The notes under the pieces: generated by a model | Told to the model about the DNA's origin: nothing | Databases searched by the model: none | The model's input: the letters and a program-made list of their open reading frames with translations, nothing else | Program-made: the position numbers and the translations under genes | Source of the DNA: Gammaproteobacteria bacterium | GTDB lineage: Bacteria > Pseudomonadota > Gammaproteobacteria > SZUA-229 | Assembly (NCBI GenBank): GCA_041589455.1 | Contig: JBFHVQ010000005.1 | Span: forward strand, 41-64,040 | Reading direction: 5' to 3' | Length of the DNA stretch: 64,000 nt | Shown: piece after piece, positions 1 to 8,283 of the stretch | How positions within the stretch are numbered: position 1 is the stretch's first letter | Layout of the letters: every line of letters begins with the position of its first letter

Positions 1-179
1 ACGAAGATGACGACGACAAGTCTTGGAAAAAGCGCAAATACAAAGACGATGACAACGAAGATGACGACGACAAGTCTTGGAAAAAGCGCAAATACAAAGA
101 CGATGACAACGAAGATGACGACGACAAGTCTTGGAAAAAGCGCAAATACAAAGATGATGATGAGAACAAGCGTTATTAA
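1..179 (+). CDS. 3-prime end of a CDS that starts upstream of the window; extremely charged C-terminus made of an 18-aa repeat (EDDDDKSWKKRKYKDDDN)
   Basis: Frame 3 is open from the window edge to TAA at 177-179. The 54-bp DNA repeat is in frame (18 codons). Confidence 0.5.
   Translation, partial: EDDDDKSWKKRKYKDDDNEDDDDKSWKKRKYKDDDNEDDDDKSWKKRKYKDDDENKRY
3..167 (+). repeat. 54-bp tandem repeat: identical copies at 3-56 and 57-110, and a diverged 57-bp third copy at 111-167
   Basis: Direct reading: gaagatgacgacgacaagtcttggaaaaagcgcaaatacaaagacgatgacaac occurs twice without mismatch. The array may continue upstream of the window. Confidence 0.9.
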
Positions 180-221
180 TTGAACGCTTCAGATTAACCT
201 CTGTCCAATTGGCAAAATAGC

Positions 222-258
222 TTGCCTGCACAAACACACTGTCAACTTGTGCAGGCAA
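222..258 (+). terminator. Perfect 12-bp stem hairpin (ttgcctgcacaa / ttgtgcaggcaa, 13-nt loop) downstream of the partial CDS; no U-tract
   Basis: The inverted repeat was read directly. The missing T-run makes an intrinsic-terminator role uncertain. Confidence 0.3.
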
Positions 259-408
259 ACTAACCAAATAAACACCACATTAAAGCATTGGCAAATGAGG
301 CACCTGACGAATTCATAGTTGTGAAGCGGCTGAAATCTGCATAATTAATATTCTTTAAATAGAACAGCCTCATACAATATTTAACTGAAACATTTTTAAG
401 TGACTCTT

Positions 409-1089
409 ATGAAATATTCATCACACAAACAGCCGCTGATACATTTATTAACGATAGCCTTACTGACACTACTGGTTAGTGCGTGCGTTGGCGAAAAAAA
501 TCCACAGGAAGTTCACCAGGCATTCTGGGCTGCAGTTATCAGTAATGACACCACAGCGGCTATTGAATATTCAACCCTGTCATCCCCTGAAAGTTACAAT
601 GCATTTGGAAAGAACTGGCAAAGCCATCAGTTACAAACAGGTAAGGTTATTATCGACAACAATCAGGCACGCATTGAGACAATACTCTCACTGACTGATA
701 CTAATCAGCAAAAAACAGATAAATTCACCACCTACCTGATTAAGCAAAATGAAACCTGGCTGGTCGACTATCAAAAAACTCAGAAATCCATGCAGCCTGA
801 TGCCGTAAGTCAACTATTTGGAAAACTGGAACATTTCAGCGAAAAATTCTCTGAAGAATTTGAGAGCTCATCAGAAGATATCACCCAGGAACTCAATCAG
901 ATGGGCGAACAGTTCAAGGACTATACAGAAGAACTAAGCGAGCAGGCATCCGAGTCAATTGAAAAATTTAGCAACCAGCTTAAAGAATCCATTGATGAAA
1001 TTGAACGCTCAACAGAAAAACTACTCGAGGATAAAAAGTCCGAACCACAGGAGAACCAGGATAAAGCAGGTGGGTTGATTAAAATCTAA
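409..1089 (+). CDS. Lipoprotein of unknown function with an acidic, coiled-coil-like C-terminal half
   Basis: The signal peptide ends in the lipobox LLVSAC. ATG at 409 is preferred over GTG at 400. The C-terminus is rich in E, S and K heptad-like sequence. Confidence 0.7.
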   Translation: MKYSSHKQPLIHLLTIALLTLLVSACVGEKNPQEVHQAFWAAVISNDTTAAIEYSTLSSPESYNAFGKNWQSHQLQTGKVIIDNNQARIETILSLTDTNQQKTDKFTTYLIKQNETWLVDYQKTQKSMQPDAVSQLFGKLEHFSEKFSEEFESSSEDITQELNQMGEQFKDYTEELSEQASESIEKFSNQLKESIDEIERSTEKLLEDKKSEPQENQDKAGGLIKI

Positions 1090-1481
1090 CCGTTAAGTAC
1101 GCATTAGATACGAAATATATGACGACGATTCAATCGATTAATTATCTGACATTATTTTCCTGTAAAATATTTTTAAAAAATCACCTATTAATCCACAAAC
1201 AATAATATAGAACACGACCTAACATCGAATAAAGACGCTTGACTTATACAAAATATTACGCGTTTGTTTTTTAAATACGTTATATATTAAATATTTATTT
1301 ACAACTTTAATCTCAACACTCTATCCAATCATATTATAAAATATAAAGCATAGAAAATTTTTATCAGGAACCATGATAATTCGTATTTTTTCAATCGTTA
1401 TATAATCACACCGGACTAACACCTCCTCCTCTCTGACCCTGAACTCAGCAGAAATTCTGGTAGACATCGCATTAGATAATA

Positions 1482-1518
1482 ATATAGTTGCATATTCAAC
1501 TATATGGAAATATAGTTA
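1482..1518 (+). promoter_or_regulatory. Putative MarR autoregulatory operator: perfect 9-bp inverted repeat ATATAGTTG-N6-CAACTATAT (1482-1505) plus a third half-site ATATAGTT (1510-1517)
   Basis: The palindrome lies 5-40 nt upstream of the MarR start codon at 1523. MarR-family proteins typically bind such pseudo-palindromes overlapping their own promoter. Confidence 0.5.
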
Positions 1519-1522
1519 TCCA

Positions 1523-1942
1523 ATGTTTGAGCGCTGCCTGTATTTTAATATTAATTCCCTAACGCGACGAATCAATCGTCTATGGGATGATGCCTTTGCA
1601 GATTTTAATCTGTCACCTTCTCACGCCTATCTTTTACGCCTGGTACTCTCTGAACCTGGCATTTCACCAAAGCAGATAAGCCAACAACTAAAACTGGAAA
1701 AGTCCACGGTAACTCGTTCCCTGGATTCACTACAAAAGAAAAATTTATTAAGTCGAAAAACCAACACTGAAGACGCCAGAGAACAGGCCATTTATCCAAC
1801 TCTACAAGCTGAAAAAATTGCTGACGCACTTGAAGAAAAAGGCCACAGCCTATATTTAAATATGACTAAAATTCTGGGGAAAGAACAACTCGATTCACTC
1901 GTCAAACAACTCAGAAATATTGAAAAAGATTTTCACCAATAG
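1523..1942 (+). CDS. MarR-family transcriptional regulator
   Basis: 139 aa with a winged-HTH pattern (ISPKQISQQLKLEKSTVTRSLDSLQKKNLLSR). Length and layout are typical of MarR. Confidence 0.85.
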   Translation: MFERCLYFNINSLTRRINRLWDDAFADFNLSPSHAYLLRLVLSEPGISPKQISQQLKLEKSTVTRSLDSLQKKNLLSRKTNTEDAREQAIYPTLQAEKIADALEEKGHSLYLNMTKILGKEQLDSLVKQLRNIEKDFHQ

Positions 1943-2279
1943 GACTGGCCTGATAATTTATATATTTAAATCGTTTTTACCAAATAAGGGATAAAGCCCA
2001 AACATTGAAACTTAATCACCTTTGAAAATAGTTTTAATATTATTCTTGGATATAACAAACCGATATATAAGGTGAAATTGTTAATCACCTGCATATTAAT
2101 GATACCTGACAAGACTCTGCAGTGTCATGATGAATTGATAATCCGGTCACATGTATTATGCTTCCTATTTAAATATAATCAGGTATTATATATCTGATAT
2201 GATTCATGGCATTCATTTTTAGGCAAATAATCCGGATACAGAGATTAGACGTCTTACATATTCAGGGAGATGTAAATTT

Positions 2280-2930
2280 ATGCCCATAAAATATAGATCC
2301 ATAACCTTATTTCTGACACTTTGTATAACTGTCTCATTTCTTTCTGCCTGTGGTAGCAGTAGTGATAGCCACAATAATGAATCTTCAATATCACCTTCTA
2401 TTTCAACTGGCATCTTTATTGATTCTGCTGTCGAAGGCTTACAATACACCACAGACACGCTATCGGGTACAACTAATGCGGCAGGTGAATACCAGTATTT
2501 ACCTGGAGAGACAGTGCGTTTTTCAATTGGTAGCATAATACTTGGTTCAACACTCGCTAAACCTGTGATCACTCCACTAAACCTGGTTGATAATGCCACT
2601 ACTGTAAATGATCCGGTTGTAACAAATATTGTCAGACTGCTGCTAACACTTGATGCTGATTTACTACCAGATAACGGAATTCACATTCCCACTGAAACTG
2701 CTGCTGCTGCAGTAAACCTGAGTGTTGATTTTACGCGTCAGGACTTTGCTTCTGACCCGGGTGTTATCTCATTACTGACTCATCTAAGCAACCAAACTAC
2801 ACTGGTTGATGAGCAAACTGCACAGGCTCACTTAGCAACAAGCCTGGCCTCAGCACAGATCAAAACCTCATCCTGGGGCTCAATGGTCTGGGGTAGTGGT
2901 AGCTGGCAAAGCAAAACTCTCAAAGAATAA
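2280..2930 (+). CDS. Lipoprotein of unknown function
   Basis: Lipobox FLSACG, and a good AGGGAG ribosome-binding site upstream. It lies 49 bp upstream of the collagen-like gene on the same strand. Confidence 0.75.
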   Translation: MPIKYRSITLFLTLCITVSFLSACGSSSDSHNNESSISPSISTGIFIDSAVEGLQYTTDTLSGTTNAAGEYQYLPGETVRFSIGSIILGSTLAKPVITPLNLVDNATTVNDPVVTNIVRLLLTLDADLLPDNGIHIPTETAAAAVNLSVDFTRQDFASDPGVISLLTHLSNQTTLVDEQTAQAHLATSLASAQIKTSSWGSMVWGSGSWQSKTLKE

Positions 2931-2978
2931 ACAATAAGTCATCAGTTAAAAACAGAATAAAAACAGGGAGCGACAACG

Positions 2979-4001
2979 ATGTATAAGCTAACTTTCAATA
3001 AACAAATACTGACTATGAGCACTACATGCCTTTGTTTAGCAATGAGCTCTCTACAGGCAGTCGAACTTAATACTTTCACAAATGGCGAAGTCGCAGATGC
3101 CGACGACATTAATCACAATTTCAACTATCTTGATGAACGTATAACCAATATTTCACTGACACCTGGACCACAGGGACCTGCTGGCCCTGCAGGACCCCAG
3201 GGAATAGCTGGTGAAAATGGCCAGAATGGTTTAAACGGAATTGACGGTGTAGATGGTATTGATGGTGCGACTGGCCCACAGGGACCTCAAGGTCCTCAAG
3301 GTCCTGCCGGTAGGGACGGCACAAATGGCGTAGATGGCATCGGTGTTACTCTTCAGAGCAATACCGGCTTTGATGGCAGTGCTTATACAGAAAAAGTATT
3401 TACAGTAACAGGTACTCAGGGACTGTGGGATCAGGAAATCAGGAGCTATATTCGCACCAGTAATCCAGATGGCTCCCTGACTACTCAGGAGACACATCAG
3501 AGAATTTCCTCAGGTACTGTATTCAAGCACCTTGTACGTAAATTCTTAACAGACACGAATGGTGACAAACGCTTTATTGAACAAAAAACCTACGATCCGA
3601 CTAATACAGCCAGCTTAATTAATACCGCCACAATTACACCCGGCCTGGTACAAAGAAAAAGCACCATGGGAACAGGCATGCGCTGGGGTTCCAGTTCTCA
3701 ATTAACCTACACCTATGAAGATGGCTCACCTGCTACAACAAGTTTTGCAGTCGACAGTCGAAGCTTACTTGGCATCGAGGATGTCACCCTGAGTAGCGGT
3801 GCTAAATACACAGGTTGTCTCAAAATCGAAACGATTCGTTCCGCAGAAAGTTTAGGCGGACAATTTCAGCGAATCAGCTGGCACTGCCCCAACAATGTCG
3901 GCCTGGTGAAATACATTATGATGAGAGACCTCTCTAATACTCTCAGTTCCAGAGTTCTGGAGCTTGATACCACTCAATCAACGCCACAGGGTGTGTTTTG
4001 A
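2979..4001 (+). CDS. Secreted collagen-like triple-helix repeat protein with a ~215-aa non-collagenous C-terminal domain
   Basis: A signal peptide, then 20 uninterrupted G-X-Y triplets (residues 63-122, GPQGPAGPAGPQG...). An AGGGAG ribosome-binding site lies upstream. Confidence 0.85.
   Translation: MYKLTFNKQILTMSTTCLCLAMSSLQAVELNTFTNGEVADADDINHNFNYLDERITNISLTPGPQGPAGPAGPQGIAGENGQNGLNGIDGVDGIDGATGPQGPQGPQGPAGRDGTNGVDGIGVTLQSNTGFDGSAYTEKVFTVTGTQGLWDQEIRSYIRTSNPDGSLTTQETHQRISSGTVFKHLVRKFLTDTNGDKRFIEQKTYDPTNTASLINTATITPGLVQRKSTMGTGMRWGSSSQLTYTYEDGSPATTSFAVDSRSLLGIEDVTLSSGAKYTGCLKIETIRSAESLGGQFQRISWHCPNNVGLVKYIMMRDLSNTLSSRVLELDTTQSTPQGVF
3165..3344 (+). repeat. Collagen G-X-Y coding repeat (20 triplets)
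   Basis: Glycine falls at every third codon from residue 63 to 120 of the CDS. Confidence 0.9.
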
Positions 4002-4025
4002 CGCTAGCGACACTAAGCGTTATCA

Positions 4026-4050
4026 GGGTAGGGTTTTACTCCACCCTTTT
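4026..4050 (+). terminator. Probable rho-independent terminator after the collagen-like gene
   Basis: GGGTAGGG / CCACCC stem with one bulge, followed by TTTT, 25 nt after the stop codon. Confidence 0.45.
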
Positions 4051-4236
4051 AGCGCTTTCTTGAATAAAGGGAGTAATATAGAGGACAGATTGGAGTATCC
4101 CCACTTTTCCTTTCAATACATTAATGAAGCCAACTATCAGATCAAATGTAACTTATAATTAGATATGCCGCCTTTTTTACGTGTATGATCCCCCCTGCGC
4201 TTTTCAATCCTCACTCAAATTATTAAGACCCATATC

Positions 4237-5643
4237 ATGTCAAAATTGCCAGAATCCCCTAAAGCCGAATCGGCTTTCTCATCATTACCCCTGTCAGCCG
4301 AGTTTTTAGCCAACCTTGAATCCCTTGGTTACCACAGTATGACGCCGATACAGGCACTGGCTTTACCGGAGGTGCTCAGCGGTAAGGACATACAGGCGCA
4401 GGCTAAAACAGGTAGTGGAAAAACCGCCGCCTTTGGTATTTCATTACTGCATCGTCTACAACCGTCGAATTATCAGGTGCAGGCACTGGTGCTCTGTCCA
4501 ACACGAGAACTGGCCGATCAGGTCAGTGAAGAGCTGCGTCGCCTGGCACGTGCCATACCAAATACCAAAATCATTAGCTTGTGTGGTGGCAAACCCATCG
4601 GGCCACAATTTGCCTCGCTGGAACACCAACCTCACATTGTGGTGGGCACCCCCGGCCGCATCCTCAAGCATCTAGAGAAAGGCACATTAAAGCTCGACTC
4701 ACTCAAAACCCTGGTGCTGGATGAAGGCGACCGCATGCTCGATATGGGTTTTTACGACGACATTATGCGAGTGATTGATAAAACTCCGGACCATCGACAG
4801 ACCCTGTTGTTCTCTGCCACCTACCCCAGAGAAATAAAGAAAATTAGCCAGACTGTGCAAAATGAACCGGTGACGATTAAAGTCGAGAGTGTTCACGACA
4901 GCAGTAAAATCAAACAGATTTTTTATGAGACAGACAATAACACACGTAGCAATACGCTTATTGCTCTACTGCAACATTACCACCCGGAACATAGCCTGGT
5001 GTTCTGTAACCGCAAACAGCAGTGTAAAGAACTGGCAGAAGACCTCTGGCAACGGGGCATTCATGCCGTCGCCCTGCACGGCGATTTAGAACAGAAAGAT
5101 CGTGACCGCGTACTCATCCAGTTTGCTAACCGCAGCAGGTCAGTACTGATTGCTACCGATGTCGCCGCCCGTGGCCTGGATATAAAAGACCTCAATGCCG
5201 TCATCAACTATGAACTCACACCCGACCCCGAAGTGCATATTCACCGCATTGGTCGCACTGGCCGCGGTGATAACGAAGGCCTGGCGTTAAGCCTGTTTGC
5301 ACCATCCGAAGCACCCAAACTCGTCGCCATTGAAAACTACCAGAAACTACCGCTGGATATTCAAAACATTAACAAATTGAAACCTGCCGAAGAGTTTACA
5401 CTCACGCCTCCGATGATCACACTTTGCATCTACGCCGGGCGAAAAAATAAAGTCAGGGCCGGTGATGTTTTGGGTGCACTCACCTCCGATAAAAAACTCA
5501 GCGGAAAACAGATCGGTAAAATCAATATTCTTGATACTATCACCTATGTGGCGGTTGAACGTAAACATGCGAATGCCGCTGTGAATATTCTGACTAATGG
5601 GAAGATTAAGGGTAAGAAATTTAAGGCGAGGACATTGAGGTAG
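4237..5643 (+). CDS. dbpA: ATP-dependent RNA helicase DbpA (DEAD-box, with C-terminal 23S rRNA hairpin-92 binding domain)
   Basis: The sequence resembles E. coli DbpA along its whole length, from recalled sequence (AKTGSGKTAAFG, LVLCPTRELADQV, SAT, HRIGRTGR, C-terminal GKIKGK). Motif II reads DEGD rather than DEAD. Confidence 0.9.
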   Translation: MSKLPESPKAESAFSSLPLSAEFLANLESLGYHSMTPIQALALPEVLSGKDIQAQAKTGSGKTAAFGISLLHRLQPSNYQVQALVLCPTRELADQVSEELRRLARAIPNTKIISLCGGKPIGPQFASLEHQPHIVVGTPGRILKHLEKGTLKLDSLKTLVLDEGDRMLDMGFYDDIMRVIDKTPDHRQTLLFSATYPREIKKISQTVQNEPVTIKVESVHDSSKIKQIFYETDNNTRSNTLIALLQHYHPEHSLVFCNRKQQCKELAEDLWQRGIHAVALHGDLEQKDRDRVLIQFANRSRSVLIATDVAARGLDIKDLNAVINYELTPDPEVHIHRIGRTGRGDNEGLALSLFAPSEAPKLVAIENYQKLPLDIQNINKLKPAEEFTLTPPMITLCIYAGRKNKVRAGDVLGALTSDKKLSGKQIGKINILDTITYVAVERKHANAAVNILTNGKIKGKKFKARTLR

Positions 5644-5651
5644 AGCTGAAC

Positions 5652-5677
5652 AAAAGCTGGACTTAATCCAGCTTTTT
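5652..5677. terminator. Bidirectional rho-independent terminator between convergent dbpA and alaA
   Basis: AAAAGCTGGA-cttaa-TCCAGCTTTT: a perfect 10-bp stem flanked by A and T runs. Confidence 0.75.
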
Positions 5678-5683
5678 AAAGAG

Positions 5684-6907
5684 TTAATAATTATTTCGAT
5701 ACTGTCGTAAAAACCGATCCATTTTTTCAAACACTTCGGTCATATCTTCGCGACGCGATAAAAACACCAGGCGGAAATGATCAGGGTCGGGCCAGTTAAA
5801 GGCGGTGCCCTGTACTAACAGAATTTTTTCCTGTTGTAGTAATTGCAGAATAAATTTTTCGTCATTTTTAATTTGGTAAACTTCGGGATCGAGTCGAGCG
5901 AACAGGTAAAGTGCACCTTTGGGTCGAACACAGCTGACACCTTCCAGCTGATTGATCATTTTCCAGCTGTAATCCATCTGTTCATAGAGACGTCCACCGG
6001 GGGCTACCAGATCTTTTATACTCTGGTAACCACCCAGTGACGTTTGTATGGCATGTTGACCGGGGACATTGGAGCAGAGTCGCATGGAAGCGAGCAGTTC
6101 CATTCCCTGTATATAATCGATGGCGTGATCCTTGGCGCCGCTGATGACCATCCAGCCCGCACGGAAGCCGGCGACGCGATAGGCTTTTGATAAACCATTA
6201 AAACTAATGATTAATACATCATCCGCCAGTGAGGCCATGGCAACGTGTTCGGCATCGTCATAAATAATTTTATCGTAGATTTCATCGGCAAAAATAATCA
6301 GCTTATGTTTGCGCGCCAGCTCTATAATTTTTAACAGCGTTTCCTTGCTATACAGTGCACCGGTTGGGTTATTCGGATTAATTACCACAATGCCGCGGGT
6401 TTTCGAGGTGATTTTGCTTTCCATGTCGGCAATGTCTGGCTCCCAGCCATTGTTTTCATCACCCAGATAATGCACCGGCTTGCCGCCGGACAAACTCACG
6501 GCGGCTGTCCACAGTGGATAGTCCGGTGCTGGTATCAGCATTTCATCATCGTTATTCAGCAAGGCCTGCATCGACATTACGATTAACTCACTCACACCGT
6601 TACCCAGGAAAATATCATCCACATCCACATGGGAGGGAAAACCTTTCTCCTGGCAGTACTGCATTACCGCCTTACGCGCATAGTACACACCTTTGGAATC
6701 CGAGTAGCCCTGGCATTTTGACAGATTACGAATGACATCCTGAATAATTTCATCCGGTGCATTCAGGCCAAATGGGGCGGGATTACCAATATTCAGTTTG
6801 GTAATAGAATGCCCTTCTTCTTCCATGCGTTTTGCTTCATGCATGATGGGCCCGCGTATGTCGTAGCAAACCTGGCCTAATTTGTCGGATTTCAGTATGG
6901 TGGTCAT
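5684..6907 (-). CDS. alaA: Glutamate-pyruvate aminotransferase AlaA (PLP-dependent class I aminotransferase)
   Basis: The sequence resembles E. coli AlaA along its whole length, from recalled sequence (VCYDIRGP, LNIGNPAPFG, SKxYRVAGFR PLP-lysine region). Confidence 0.85.
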   Translation of the reverse strand: MTTILKSDKLGQVCYDIRGPIMHEAKRMEEEGHSITKLNIGNPAPFGLNAPDEIIQDVIRNLSKCQGYSDSKGVYYARKAVMQYCQEKGFPSHVDVDDIFLGNGVSELIVMSMQALLNNDDEMLIPAPDYPLWTAAVSLSGGKPVHYLGDENNGWEPDIADMESKITSKTRGIVVINPNNPTGALYSKETLLKIIELARKHKLIIFADEIYDKIIYDDAEHVAMASLADDVLIISFNGLSKAYRVAGFRAGWMVISGAKDHAIDYIQGMELLASMRLCSNVPGQHAIQTSLGGYQSIKDLVAPGGRLYEQMDYSWKMINQLEGVSCVRPKGALYLFARLDPEVYQIKNDEKFILQLLQQEKILLVQGTAFNWPDPDHFRLVFLSRREDMTEVFEKMDRFLRQYRNNY

Positions 6908-7150
6908 GTGATGTGTTTCTGTTTGAATTCAGTGAGTTAGTAATATTGGGATTGTGCCATGAGCAGGCGCCGTTTGGATAGCGAAACCCTTTGGATTTGC
7001 TGAAAAATTAGCGTTATTTAAAGGTTTTGTGCTAAAACGGCTTAACTGACAAAAAAATCACAGCCCATTTCTATTTTTTGTCATTTTTGAAGCGGCCTTC
7101 ATGTATGTATTTTACGCAGTATGAAGGCACTATGAGTGTAAGAGAAGCCT

Positions 7151-7540
7151 ATGAATATCGTTATGGTCGATAGCGACAACCTGTGTGGTGACGCAGATTT
7201 TCCAGAAATCCAGCTGAATAAATATGGCTGGCTCCAGTTTCCCCAGCTAGCAGAAGCTGAAATTTATGAACGCTGCTGGCGCGCCGATGTTGTAATCAGT
7301 GCTAGCACGCCAATTCCTGCCGAGGTGATCGATAAAGCCTTAAAACTGCAGCTGATTATCGCGGCAGGTGATAGCGCCCAGCATATTGATCGCGACGCCT
7401 GTGAAAAAAGAGGTATCCGTATTGCACATGTACCCGGCCTCAAGGGTGACAGCCAGGAAAACACTCAGGTTATTTGCCAGCAGGTCTCTGAGATTATTAA
7501 TGCCTGGTTACAGGGCAATGCTTTAAATACCGTTTATTAA
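7151..7540 (+). CDS. D-2-hydroxyacid dehydrogenase-like mini-protein: substrate-binding domain only, NAD-binding Rossmann domain absent
   Basis: Residues 1-97 match the N-terminal catalytic-domain pattern of glycerate/hydroxypyruvate reductases (MxIVxxD..., ADVVI, LKLxxxAG, ID..A..RGI.V..VPG). Residues ~100-129 match the extreme C-terminal helix (EIINAWLQGNALNTV). About 190 aa with the GxGxxG domain are missing. Confidence 0.55.
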   Translation: MNIVMVDSDNLCGDADFPEIQLNKYGWLQFPQLAEAEIYERCWRADVVISASTPIPAEVIDKALKLQLIIAAGDSAQHIDRDACEKRGIRIAHVPGLKGDSQENTQVICQQVSEIINAWLQGNALNTVY

Positions 7541-7604
7541 GCTTTATATCCGGTACTCAGCTGGTAATTTATCACTCAATGCGATCTAACGGGCAATAAC
7601 AGGA

Positions 7605-7641
7605 TTGACCCGCCCCTCTAAATGAGTATAATTCTCATTTA
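7605..7641 (+). promoter_or_regulatory. Strong sigma-70-type promoter (TTGACC-16 nt-TATAAT) overlapped by a 23-bp near-perfect palindrome TAAATGAGTATAATTCTCATTTA (7619-7641)
   Basis: The -35 hexamer is at 7605-7610 and the -10 hexamer at 7627-7632. The palindrome arms TAAATGAG / CTCATTTA are perfect and are centred on the -10, which is the geometry of a repressor operator. It matches the Fur-box consensus at only 11/19 positions. Confidence 0.5.
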
Positions 7642-7670
7642 GAAAATAACCACAACACAATGGAACCAAC

Positions 7671-7859
7671 ATGAACGACCTGATTGCGACATTGCTGGAT
7701 TGCCCCAACCTGAGCCTGCGTCTGCTGGATACTAAAACGGGTCGCTCAGTTAAAACCGTCAATAATGACCAGCTTCAGCAACTGTTCGCTGAGCAACAAC
7801 TCAACTGCGATAAAGACTGTGGCAATATGAGTTGCCAGAATCGCTCGTTTGAGGACTGA
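7671..7859 (+). CDS. Small hypothetical protein (62 aa) with a Cys-rich C-terminus (NCDKDCGNMSCQN)
   Basis: This is the only ORF downstream of the 7605-7641 promoter and operator. It has no clear Shine-Dalgarno sequence and I recognise no family. Confidence 0.4.
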   Translation: MNDLIATLLDCPNLSLRLLDTKTGRSVKTVNNDQLQQLFAEQQLNCDKDCGNMSCQNRSFED

Positions 7860-8193
7860 TTTCTTTACTGTTTTATTAAAAGCAGGGTAACGCAAATTTA
7901 TTTCGTGTTAATCATCGCCCTTAAACTATTGCCATTGAATTAGCTTCCCTAGCTTATACGATCGGCTATTAGTAAATTATCTCGGATTAACTTAGCCACA
8001 CTAAATCAATATATACCAGCAGCAAACACTCATCAGCTACAATACTAAAAACGCTTACGCTTATTTGCAATTAACGTCGCTTTAGCTTTTAAACACTTCG
8101 AAAATTAAACAGCTATAAACACATAACCCTTACACACAAACCCATTGGCGTTTATTTGCGTAAACCTGCTTTTAAGCTTTTAAGCCCACACAC

Positions 8194-8227
8194 AAAAAAG
8201 GGCATGTAATCAACACATACCCTTTTT
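8194..8227. terminator. Bidirectional rho-independent terminator (GGGCATGT-loop-ACATACCC flanked by A6 and T5), probably terminating the DAHP synthase gene
   Basis: An 8-bp stem with one mismatch. The T-run is present when read on either strand. It lies ~100 nt downstream of the minus-strand stop codon at 8331. Confidence 0.6.
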
Positions 8228-8251
8228 ATAAACTATAAAGAACGACACCTT

Positions 8252-8283
8252 ACTAACACAATATTTGACTAACACAATATTTG
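8252..8283. repeat. Perfect 16-bp tandem duplication (actaacacaatatttg x2) in the 3-prime region of the DAHP synthase gene
   Basis: Read directly; the two copies abut with no spacer. Confidence 0.9.

Noticed and set aside
2219-2599. 126-aa minus-strand ORF
   Set aside because: It is antisense to the lipoprotein gene, which has a ribosome-binding site and a lipobox.
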